The position numbers and the translations under genes were made by a program. This document shows positions 54,501-64,000 of a DNA stretch of 64,000 bases, piece after piece. Below the pieces are notes generated by a model, which saw nothing but the letters and a program-made list of their open reading frames with translations, was not told where the DNA came from and searched no databases. How positions within the stretch are numbered: position 1 is the stretch's first letter; each line of letters opens with the position of its first letter. Source of the DNA: Tubiluchus corallicola (Eukaryota > Animalia > Priapulida); the NCBI GenBank assembly GCA_030141605.1, contig JAQGDQ010000001.1, positions 2,914,001 through 2,978,000 of the forward strand. Direction: 5' to 3'.

Positions 54501-56122
54501 TAATATTTAGCCTAGTTGTTGATTTAAATTCATTTATATGTTGTTAGATTGTTGCAATAACAAAGTTTACAGTACCATTCAGAAAGTTAATTAAATGAAA
54601 AAGACTTTACTTACACAACTGAGAATGTGTGATAAATAGGGATGAAGGTGTGATGTGTATGGTGTATGCTGCATTTCAGAATTACACTGACACGAAAGAA
54701 ACGTTCTAGGAATGACTAGTGCATTACGTAGGTGCCTTGCTAATGCCAAGGTAAACTATCTGTGTACATACATAAATAAACAACTTTTACTGCAAGTTTC
54801 ATTTATCAGAGCCACTTCTACTTATAATAAATGTTATCTTATACATAAATCAATGTTACACGTGCAGTAAAAAATACAAAGTTAATAAGGAGTTAAATAA
54901 AAAAATATATAAAGACAGTAATTTACCTTGAAGCCACATTACAGAGGGTGATGGAATGCCAGTTGCTACACAAACCAATGTGAATTCATCACTATATCTA
55001 AGCATCGCACTATCCGTGACGTTGGTAATTACAGGAGCAACTATGATAAAGATGTAATATGCGTCAATAGAAAAAGATGAAAAAATTCAAAAAAAGATTA
55101 TGGTTATGACCCGGTTACCACATCCTCCTTAGCTGTTATAATTAAATGCAATAAATTAGGCAAAGTGATAACCAGACGTCTTGGCTTCCAAAATTAAGAC
55201 GGCACTGTGGCTGATCAGTGAATGGGAGGATCGCTTCAACTCTTGCTTTAACCAGGTATTATTTGCCATGCTGATTTGGGCTCTTTACCTGGCTGAGCTA
55301 CCTCTGCTTGTTCAGTGGCTAATCCTAAGCTCAGATCCCAGTTGCATCATGACCTTTTAATTAGAATAGAATCTGCCACTGAATGCTGCATTCCAGCTTG
55401 CAGGATTCCAAATTGTATAAAAAAACAAGTCAAAATTCATAATTCTCTGCCTGAGAAACAAATGTACTAGTTATAAAAATTTAGCTTATGAAAATAAAAC
55501 AAATAGGTACTGATACTTTGGGTTAAAACCTTAATTACTATGTACATCCTATGACTTTGAAAACTACATAAACTAAGAGAACTTAGTAGTTTCATCAATT
55601 TTATTTATACAGAAATTATTTGTAAACATCTACTTTCATATCAAACATTATGAAAAAATTCCACCACCATCAATAGACATTCTGGTCACTCCGATAAATT
55701 TACTTACTATAACGTATTTAATTACTCACCTAGCACATTAATAACTACAGATGCATTCGACCGCTTAATGATATTTTCACCAATGCAATAATAAATACCA
55801 GTATACTCCAACTGGGTCGACTCAATGCTTAGTGTAGCATCATTTACAAGAATGCCATCAGGGATTGGTTCGACGATACTCGAGCTATTTTTCTGTGCAA
55901 AAAACCAACACAAAATTACATCTGCATGTGCATATATTCACATACAGTTGTTTTTGCTGATTCCTATAAAGACGGGACGTTAAATCCTTTACTACTGTCA
56001 TATGTGATTGTACCACGAGTACGAATAAAAATGATATATATATATGTGTGTGTGCTACAAAATACAAATTAAAAAGAGAGGAAATGAAGTTATGCAATTT
56101 TGATCACACAATTCTAAAATTT

Positions 56123-56160
<38 letters not shown>

Positions 56161-59100
56161 AAATTAAAAATATAGTAAATGAAGTTATGCAATTTTGATA
56201 ACGCAATTCTAAAATTTATACATATATATATAAATTTTAGAATTGCGTTATCAAAATTGCATAACTTCATTTACTATATTTTTAATTTGTATTTTGCAGC
56301 ATCACCTGCAGTCAACATCCCAAAACAATTGTTATTTAACTCACTTCTATAAAGACAGCAGGTCTGGTTACATATGATATAATGGCAATTACATATTAAA
56401 TCATTTACTTCACTTAAAAAAAATAAAAGATGCAAAAGCATTTACAGAAGAATTGACAACAGTCATTTACCTTATAAGCCCAGTAAAGCTTAGGTTCAGG
56501 AACTCCAGTAACAGAACAGTATAGGCTTACTGGTTCACCAACAGCTACTGCCGCATAAGCCGGACTGATCATTACCTTTGGAGCCACTTTAACAAAAAGA
56601 GCATTCTCACTGATATGCCAAAATCACAGTGAAGATATCAGCATACACTAAAGCACAGAAAAACTGTCACAAATCATTAAATACACTTGCGTTGACAGCA
56701 CACTGTCATTACTCATAAAGAGTAAGGGACAATTTTAATGAAATATAAGATATGGTGAAAGCACCTACCTTGTATATACAGGTAAGCTGATTGCTCCTTC
56801 ATCCCAGCTTCGTTTTCTGCTTTACAAGTGTATAGTCCCTGATCTTTTAAACTAACATCAGATACTCTTAAACCTAAATGAATTAATTAGCATTTTAAAA
56901 GCTTTCCCAAACTTGCATAGTTAACTACAACTATGTGAATTAGTCAAGTTAGTGGAGCTCCGCAATTATAAAAGGATAGTAAAAATAATAAACAACCAAC
57001 CATCCAAGCCTATATAATCACTACTATAAATTTTTTATAATGCAATTCAACAACTATTAATTAAAAATTCTTTCCCAAAAACATTATAAAAAGGAAAAAA
57101 ATATGCAAGTACACAATCTTTGAATATTCGTACTAGGCTGATAGCAAATAAAACATATAAATGGTTTTCCAAAATTTGTCAAATTGGATTAGAAACAGGC
57201 AGTCAATAGATGAATAAAAATATCATCATAGCTACCAACGAACATCAAATTTTCTGGCAAACCTACAGTGTTATGTAAACCGCATCTGTCTAATTCTTAA
57301 GTTATTTTCAGAAATAACAGTTTTCTTAAAAGATGTGAATGAGCCTTCAAATTGTATGACTTAAAAAAATAGAAACGTAGTAACATAACTACCATTTTCA
57401 GACAAATGCATCCGTAAAGATGATGAGATGACCTGAGTGTTGTTAAAGAGCCATGATATCCTAGGCATTGGATTGCCAAATGCCAAGCAACTAAAATTAG
57501 CTATGTTTCCTGCCGCTATATACTGATCACTCAAATAGCGGACAAAATATGGAGGAACTGAAAAAAAGTTAAGTTAAAATTGCAATTGGTATAAAAAATA
57601 TTTGATGAGCCTCCATCATTAACTTAATCAAATAAGTCAGCAGATTTTTAATGCTCACGTAGACTAGATTGATGCCATGCTTGGTCAATATGACTAAAAA
57701 CTTTAGTAAACAATGCAGTAGTAAACAAAACAAAATACTGAATCAGCTTCAATATCCTGATCGTGTCCTGTGAACAAATGTCGCAGTTAGTTCATGAAAC
57801 TGCTCTGGGATCACTTAGTTATGTTGTGGAACTTAAGAAGTTTGCAACTAATTTTGTGTAGTACAAACAAAAAGTACAACACACACTAATCAAAGCAGAT
57901 AAATGCCACAAAAATGAGATTAATGTGATTATTATAAACAAGCACCATGATCCTATTTTGCAAAACTTGACAACAAAAATACAAAAAAGCAAATAACTTA
58001 CTCAGAATGCTCACAAATGCAGTTGGGCTGTTGACTGTACCCAAAGAATTATTGGCTCTGCAATGGTAATGACCTTCGTCCATATGTCCAACTTTGGCAA
58101 TAAATAACTCCTGCTTGCGTTTCCTAAGAATATACTACATTCTTTTACAGTGCAGTGCAAAAAGATTCACTCTACGTAAAGAAACTGTGATAAACCTAAC
58201 ATTATTTTACAATCCACTATTATACAGCTATTATAGTTTTAATCCTAAGCTAACAAATTTTATGTCATAAAAAGGCCACCAACGTGCATTTTTATACATT
58301 AAATTTGAGCAATTTTTGGATGCATAAAAAATCACGCACAAAGCACTAAAATATGACGCTAGTGAAAGAAAACAAACTGTGAAATATCAAGACACTTTTA
58401 AAAATCTTAAATGTTTTACCCGTAAGTAATTCTATGGTTCAATGGAACAGGTACATTGTTTCTAAACCACTGGATAGTAGGCACAGGATCACCAGTTACC
58501 ATGCATCTCAATTGTAACATCTCTCCTTTCACTAACACAACCCCAAAAGGTGGCTCAGTGAGCAGTGGAGCAGCTGAAATTTGCACTGCATTACACTAGG
58601 TACATTTGCACCACATTATACATAAGTATTAAATATATTAAATACTTTTTACTGAAATATCCATTTGGTCAAGAAATTAGAAATCTGTGTCACTATTCAT
58701 TATTGACATTTAAATATAATATAACAACAATAACAAGAAGAACGGCTATGTCAATAAGAAAATGTAGACTAGACTAACGGTGTAAAATTTTTAATTACCT
58801 CTAACATGGCCATTACAAAGCATCATATAATAATCTTGCTCATTCATAAAAATCCCAGAAATTGTTAATATTAATTCTTGACACAATTAAATTATTACTA
58901 TCTTATTGAAGCAATGTAAGAAATGTGACAAGTGCAAAAAGGTTAAAAAGATCATCATCATCATGGGTCTGTTGCTTTCAAATGCCAACATAATAAAATT
59001 TATGTTGAATGCAATAACTAAATAGTAATAATGTGCATTTGCATCCCAAATTTAAGCAGTGTCAGTAAATAGATGATAGACTGCCTAAAGAGAAGTTTTT

Positions 59101-62100
59101 TGCCTTTGTTGACGTAGTATGTATTGTATACTCATTCAAACATGACTAAGACACTTCTGCCAGCACAGCATCTTGTTTTAGTAAACTCATCAATGATAAT
59201 TAGGTACATTCCTACTTTCCAAACTTGCCCTCTACACCAAGGCCTTGTGGAGAGAAGTGAGAGAAAATTAAAAGCTTTAGTTCATCATCTAAAACATCCT
59301 TAGGAAAATATTTTTCATGAGCAACAAAAGTTTTTGGTTAAGAAATAACTTTAAATGTAGTATAGAATATGAAGTTACGCTGGTAGTTTGTAAACAAATT
59401 CAGAGTAAAGAACCATGAAACCTCAAAACACAGACATAGAATCACAAAACCACGAAAGACAATCACAGAATGTCTAAGCAGCAGTCTCAATGGTCTAAAC
59501 ACAATCTAAGAGACACTGAATACTGTTGCCAGTGTTCACCAAAGTGGTTGTACTACACTGACAGATTTATGCCGATTGTCACTAAGAGCAAATTAAATGC
59601 ACATAACTTCACGGATAAAACGAACCTTTGACAGTCAAGTAAGCATCATGTGAACTTCTACTTTGTGGCACTGCATATTCATTCACAGCTACGCAAACAT
59701 ATTTTCCTTCGTCACTTTTCTGTACCTTTGATAGGTGTAGGTCTCCACTTAAATAGGTCTGAGCGGCAAATAAACCAGTCTTGTTTTTGACAGGAATGTT
59801 GTCTTTATACCTGTAAAAATTATAAAGTAAGCAAGGAGTCACGCGAGCTTTTAGTGTCAGTGCATCAGGAGAGTAGAAAAAAAAGAAATTGTGTTAATAT
59901 AAATATTTTCATTCTTAGACAGGAGTGAAGAATAAAATTAATTAAACAGCTCTAATTAATTAACTAATCAAAGAAAGGAATGATACAATTTTTTGTTCTG
60001 AATCAAGGATATCCTAATTAATCATGCCACCAAATTGCAACTCAATTGGATAAACACTTGTGGATATAACAATGTGACGGTCAGACTGAGTGAGCGAAGA
60101 GATAAAGAAATAACCAGAACCCAAGCTAAGGCCCGAAGCAGATGCTCGAGAACTAATAAATAAGCATACATCGTTGATGAAGTCTTTATACTCTACATAT
60201 ACTACATATTTTAGCAAGATATACGTTTCTAATTATCATTAACACTTAAAAGGTATCAAATGGCATATGCTGTCTATGTAAAACAAATGCAGACTTTCAT
60301 CTAGGAAAGCCTATCATTAATTGTAATGTGGTTAAGTCAAAAATCATGTGACAGAGCCCGTCTAATCACTGAACAAACAAGTAAGGCGAAAGGATTTCTT
60401 GTGCTGCAAGAATACTGTCAGGGTTTCCATTTCCTGTCTAGGTTTTGTCGTTTTGCTAAGTGGTTTTTCCCCACTTAACAGATGCATCTTACAATACTAC
60501 AGGGATAAGAGTTTCCCAAAATGTATAATTTGATTCCTTGTTTGCTCGTAAAAATGTGGGAGAGTTAATGCATCAGATTGAACGTTTTTATCTAAACTTT
60601 GTTCTCCAAAGGTATATTATTGATATTTGATGTCCATTGTTGTATAATCATGAACAAAAACAATAAACAAATTGGTTAAAACATCGTGATGTACTTATTT
60701 ACATTATCGATATTATCGTAAACGTCACAACATTACAATCAAGCAAAGTCAAGGTTGCAGAATTCCATGCTTAGTTATAAGTTGTAGTACTTATACATTT
60801 TGAAGCATTATCCTGTAGAATAAAGAAATGTAGGCACTTTCGAAAGGGTTGGTGTTTCCTTTAAATGTATAGCTTTTAACTGCTAACTATCACACTTTAG
60901 CAAATTTCAAAGAAACAAATATATTTATTGGATTGAACTGAGCTGAACTTAATTGAATTAGCAAGTCCTTTGGTGGGAGAAATGTTTACGGTATTCTTTT
61001 AGTAATTTACCTGTTGGACAATATCAAATGAAACTGAACAAATACCACTTTCAATCAGCCATAAATAAGATTTAAAATCCAAAAAGCTACACAAAAGAGA
61101 ATATCTCTAATACATACCATAAAACATGTGCTGCTGCAGGAAAACTATGAGGTGCGCGACAGTTCATCACTACAGGGTTTCCAGCTATGGTCGATTTATT
61201 TTGCGGCTGCTCAAGAAAATTAAAGTCCAAGAAAGCTGCAATAATACGAGTCGGTTTTGTGCGTACCACACCTTCTGCATTACTTCCTTGACATACGTAC
61301 ATTCCTTCGTCATCATTTTTGACATTGCCGAAGTACAACCAACCATTTTCTAGCCTGAAAGTTTCTGACATTTTAGTTTTTGCTAAAATTCAAAAATTCT
61401 GCTTATTGCAAAAATCTTTTGTAAAAAGTCGCATTTTCACAAGCAAAACATTAAGAAATTTTTTGTTCATATGGCCTTTGCTTATGTTATCTTTATGAGA
61501 CAGTGCTTCAGAAAGACAGCAGCAAAATTATGAGCAGGATCTTTAGCAAACTGTCGAGTTTTATTCTTCCCTTAATTTGTGGAGCTATAATCCCAACTAT
61601 AAATATAGCACAGCTCAAGAGATTATCATAAAAGTATCCATGCACAATTCAATCATGGAATCATTAACTAATTATTAAAAAATCCTCAATAAAGAAAACA
61701 TAAAGACACTTTCTAGTTTTCTTTATTGTGGGATTTTTTTTATTAATTGTATCTATTCTTACCATTAAAATTTATCTCAGTGTTATTATCTATTATATTA
61801 ATATTCTTGGTATGTTATATATATATGTTATATATATATATAAGATTCGAGGCTACCGCTTTGACGAGGGCACCATTTGCGGCGATCTATATATCAAACG
61901 AAAGGTCTCAATCTAGTGTCGTGCCATTGGGGGTTTATTTTTCGAATCTGGCCCACCGCGAGGAAGGGGGGGCAAAAAACTTCCAAAAATGGCCATTTTT
62001 CGACCATTTTTTGCAAAATTTATACCTCTTATTTCTGAAGAACGGGAACGGGCCGAGGGTTGTGCTGGGTATGGATAGATAGCCCGTTCAGCGGTGGGTG

Positions 62101-63112
62101 TAGTAAGCATATTTAGAATTCCTGAGAGGGCCAAGGCGTCCCGCAACGGGCGTTTTCCCGGACCCAACTTGCAATTTTTTCGAAATTTTGATCAAACAGC
62201 CTGCAGAAAAAATGTTCTAGCGGCGCTTGGTGGGCTTGGTGGGACTCTCGGAAGGAGATATACGGCTCATCATAGTAATATTAATTTACATTATGTAACA
62301 TAAAAATTTTAGAGTTCAAATATTTAAGCACAGTACTATCAACAACATCTACTGCAGCTACAAAACTTGAAAGGTAAGAAACATATCAAGTCTGCAGTAA
62401 CTTACTGATACATGTCTTCAAGCACCGTAGGTAGTAACTTGCCATCTTTAATCCATTTAATATCGGGCTGTGGTCTTCCAGAAATTACACATTCAAGAAC
62501 AAATGTTGATCCAACTGGTGCATATAAAACTTTCTTTGGAGGAGCTAACTCAATTCGTGGAGCTATGTTTCCATCTATAAATATAAAAGTAAAATAAATA
62601 TGTATGCATCATGATACCGAAGTAAAGTGAATACATCGGTAATTTAGATGGCAAAATGTTAAATAAAATGGCAACTAAAATGACCTGCGAAAACATTTCT
62701 CTATTCAACATATTTAATGCCATCATACAAAAAAGGTAAAAATCACTGCACTTGTAAAAAATTCTTTGTTTTGCAAGCAGCGTTGTACATCTGTACTCGT
62801 TCAGATTCAGCCACGATTTCCAGCACTTTCTTTTAATCTTCATTAAAGTATTATATATTATAATTAATAATCAATTCTTCTGACACTAGCTTCTAATAGG
62901 TGATTCATGTGTTGTCTGACATAATTTGATTCATTTCCAGTTGTAACCAGATTTTTCTTGACAACGTTTTTACATGAAAACCAACAACTAAACTAAATCA
63001 GTCACTTTTTCCTGCAACCATGTCACCAAAACGATCTGCAAATAGAACAGCAACAGAGTAAGCACTACATCATGCATGAGCTCTCTCTCCCTCTCTCCCT
63101 CCCTCTCCCCCT

Positions 63113-63197
<85 letters not shown>

Positions 63198-63809
63198 ATG
63201 ATCCCACTCTAGGTGTGCACAAATCAAGAGAACACATTGCACAACTTACAAGTGATATTAACTTCAGCTTCAGCACTGTGCTCACTAGTGCCTGTCAGCA
63301 AGTTGTTAGCAATGCACTGATACATTCCAACATGTAAAGGAGTCATAATAAATTGTAGAAGCAAACTCTTCTGTCCATCAGCAGGGTTACCAAATACACC
63401 AACAATTTGTTCAAGAACATGTGACAGTAGCCGCTCATTGTCAAACATCCAGTACACCTAATTAACAATGAATTAAAAGCAAGCAACATTAAAACAGAAA
63501 CTTATTATTAGCTGTAATTACTGTATCTAGCACTGAAAACCACAAGTTGATTTGAAATATCAAAAACATGCTGCAAAAATTCGACGAAATCCACATTGCA
63601 AATAAAGAATGTCAAAAATTTACATTATCTAATAAGCAGACAAATACAAAAACTATTATGAATGTGACAGAGAACGACTTTTTTACCCACTAAATGATTA
63701 AACCTTACCTCTGCGGAAGGATAAGATTTTCCTGAAACGCATAACAAGGAAACTGGAGTGTTTTCCAATACGAGCTGTGGGACAGGAGATATTACAAATG
63801 GTTCAATAT
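28416..63809 (-). CDS. Ig-superfamily single-pass receptor/cell-adhesion molecule (>=7 Ig + 5 FN3 + S/T stalk + TM + PDZ-binding tail); 5' end beyond window
   Basis: Phase-compatible exons. Ig region (C...W...DxGxYxC): 63809-63709, 63457-63250, 62574-62406, 61382-61118, 59810-59626, 58573-58420, 58123-58002, 57557-57393, 56873-56769, 56586-56471, 55892-55730, 55040-54927, 48976-48719. FN3 region (LHPDTQY, LYPYTAY, LHPWQHY, LEPWTTY, LEPGRLY): 48365-~48239, 47758-47592, 46765-46625, 44530-44366, 43908-43711, 43050-42890, 35926-35763, 35347-34767. Stalk 34504-34295. TM 34164-34081 (GGLSVLILLISLIMVCC). Cytoplasmic: 32197-32098, 31693-31528, 30780-30666, 30551-30448, 28571-28416 (ends VVVFDERTAL*). 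Orthology not assignable. Confidence 0.85.
29140..29256 (-). mobile_element. tRNA-derived SINE fragment (Pol III A/B boxes plus core)
   Basis: Minus strand: TAGTCTAGTGGT (A box)...GGGTTCGAT (B box)...CCGGGTCACTCCAGAAACTTTAAAAATGGTACCTGCTGTTGCCCTG. It does not form a full cloverleaf. Confidence 0.6.
29419..29737. repeat. 90-bp tandem repeat, ~3.5 near-identical copies, in the last IgSF intron
   Basis: Unit TGAGAAATGTCAACAGCTATGGGTATGGCAATGATAGTTGTGATAGTGGTGGTCGACAGCACCTGGGGCCGGGGTGGCGGCACAGGAAAT. Confidence 0.95.
35357..35701. repeat. Diverged ~175-bp tandem duplication filling most of one intron
   Basis: Blocks GCAGTAAT.TTACTA.TCAAAAATCA, TATGCTATAA..CAGAGCATTAG, CAGCA.ATTTCA.AACAAAAATTAAGTG and TTACATTTGAC.AGGGGA each occur twice in the same order. 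Confidence 0.8.
37316..38926 (+). CDS. DEG/ENaC (ASIC/ENaC-like) cation channel subunit, 536 aa, intronless CDS; nested antisense in IgSF intron 35927-42889
   Basis: Pre-TM1 HG motif (HTTTHGL), TM1 (IIWIILVILAFTLLFLQ), FPSITLCN, GNCFTFN, GLRLLLN, Cys-rich thumb (CRNTCFQ...CNC...CDCLPLC), TM2 DLAGDIGGLLGLYLGMSVLAIYEIVEF with a GxS filter. Confidence 0.95.
   Translation: MENDQNKYKIVKQLASELAIHTTTHGLGNIKRAKGILQKIIWIILVILAFTLLFLQTGTQLKKYLNKPLGTHAKFVLNKQIVSFPSITLCNKNSMRFSIYKEMVPNYYNLTDPHTANEIFPEEAAFPAEFPARLNTSERIRLGHQLSDTILHCHTPQRVGQKSIQNPCQKKHLNDLFITTNLEIPRGNCFTFNSAWHLNNTAENREPLHVNHIEAFHGLRLLLNASLAEYMPLQPVLPGFEVMITPPGYNYASVTGRTIEAGTVNIAIVHEIDVHRQYRDNNCMLPQQINKDKIIDVYSETLGMTYGQRTCRNTCFQKELIRMCNCSSGSIPVSDRLLAESGWTNKGYPLQCEGFKGSLHHCYHKVSYYRLEMQCDCLPLCKETTYEIEWMMQNAVNLNIKKKWFEFVKTLNITHDEMLLEKYEHPYDAESLVHGVNEYTWLEVKFDNSIIQEMEEHIIYTHVDLAGDIGGLLGLYLGMSVLAIYEIVEFITNVLLALIMPQSRIRRKIHAVAEHNKLNTESINQATAFQEMGRDK
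40902..42012. repeat. Long inverted repeat (foldback): arms ~40902-41312 and ~41568-42012, ~255-bp spacer
   Basis: For example TGCTATGTTTAATTGCTTGATAATCTTAATTTCAAAATTTTTATTATAGAATA is matched exactly in reverse complement at ~41861-41913. Similarity continues over the whole arms with substitutions and small indels. Confidence 0.92.
44861..46396. mobile_element. Old non-autonomous DNA transposon with long diverged TIRs
   Basis: CAAGATGGTGTCCAATATGGCTGCC (44981-45005) is mirrored by GGCAGCCATCTTGGACACCATCTTG (46215-46239). CTAATTAAGTGAA/TTCACTTAATTAG and AGCTTATGTA/TACATAAGCT are also mirrored in consistent order. Confidence 0.7.
46875..47136 (+). mobile_element. LINE ORF2 C-terminal fragment (degenerate CCHC region)
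   Basis: SAHNLRIEMGRWSRTPIQNRICFC...ECDVICGCP resembles the SHxLxIExGRW...RxCxC...ExHxLxxCP tail of non-LTR ORF2 proteins. Confidence 0.65.
48517..48585. repeat. Imperfect (CAT)n microsatellite
   Basis: Read directly. Confidence 0.85.
49960..50141. mobile_element. MITE, possibly PIF/Harbinger-like
   Basis: Perfect 20-bp inverted repeat TTCAGACGTAGAGACTTCTC (49967-49986) / GAGAAGTCTCTACGTCTGAA (50115-50134). The superfamily call is tentative. Confidence 0.7.
51905..52450 (+). pseudogene. Class A (rhodopsin-like) GPCR pseudogene fragment (about TM3-TM7)
   Basis: TM5 (FCISTIIIFTLYAISWKIARKQ) and TM6 (KTMILVTLAFVACWAPF, CWxP) lie in ORF 52014. TM7 GYCNSVVNPIIYA (NPxxY) is in a shifted frame from ~52382. 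A degenerate TM3-like CTISLAN*AHFSL with a stop lies upstream at ~51927-51965. No TM1-2 seen. Confidence 0.8.
52454..52725 (+). mobile_element. Decayed non-LTR (LINE) reverse transcriptase fragment
   Basis: MYTNQRMILSWNNVLSRHIAIRNGV*QAAVISPLLFVIYLDGLL...YCGTLSYAHHLSLPAPS corresponds to the RT motifs GVxQGxxLSPLLF and YADDLxL, with a stop codon and a mutated YADD. Confidence 0.8.
56052..56301. repeat. Perfect 60-bp-arm palindrome plus an upstream diverged third arm and a (TA)n tract
   Basis: 56161-56220 is the exact reverse complement of 56229-56288. A diverged direct copy of the left arm lies at ~56066-56125. Confidence 0.9.
61840..62280. mobile_element. GC-richer interspersed repeat-like insertion, unclassified
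   Basis: Abrupt rise in GC and CpG after a (TA)n-AAGAT start, A/T-tract spacing typical of non-autonomous DNA elements, and only non-homologous ORFs. It lies inside an intron whose flanking exons join in frame without it. Confidence 0.4.
63081..63197. repeat. (CT)n/(GA)n microsatellite
   Basis: Read directly; explains the poly-ER ORF. Confidence 0.95.
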
Positions 63810-64000
63810 CTGCAAATATTTGAATTACAAATTTATTTGCAAAGGATGAATAAATCAATCATAAAAACAGTGACGAACAGGAAATGATATTTGAAATGAA
63901 TAATGACAGCACACAATCAAATTTTCTGCATCCGCAAGTATTCATTGACGAAAATTTTTAAGTGATTCTTGATTTCCATAAAACACAATGCACAGCTATA

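Noticed and set aside
61747-62303. Three GC-rich ORFs
   Set aside because: No recognisable homology; they overlap a repeat-like intronic insertion.
28416-63809. Calling the receptor DSCAM, with mutually exclusive exon arrays
   Set aside because: No tandem alternative Ig exons were seen, and there is no Ig between FN3-4 and FN3-5.

Overview
AT-rich eukaryotic (metazoan-type, probably invertebrate) genomic DNA with spliceosomal introns; no prokaryotic systems or CRISPR. Exons were reconstructed by hand from GT/AG sites and reading-frame continuity. Left half: GORAB (RAB6-interacting golgin, minus strand, 6 coding exons, 20134->6096) carries a complete 3-exon alpha-1,3-fucosyltransferase (GT10) nested antisense in intron 4. 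GORAB lies head-to-head (220 bp between ATGs) with the meiotic RING E3 ligase HEI10/CCNB1IP1 (plus strand, 9 exons), whose first intron has U12 (minor spliceosome) signals. Right half: a large minus-strand Ig-superfamily receptor, 5' end outside the window, with >=7 Ig + 5 FN3 domains, a Ser/Thr stalk, a TM segment and a tail ending in the PDZ motif ERTAL. Its last FN3 has an insert ending in a furin site (RAKR). Its introns host an intact, CDS-intronless DEG/ENaC channel gene and a frameshifted class A GPCR pseudogene joined to a LINE RT fragment, both antisense. Also present: LINE and SINE relics, several TIR elements, a ~1.1 kb foldback, a perfect 60-bp-arm palindrome, a 90-bp tandem repeat and microsatellites. 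All family calls rest on recognised motifs, not database searches.
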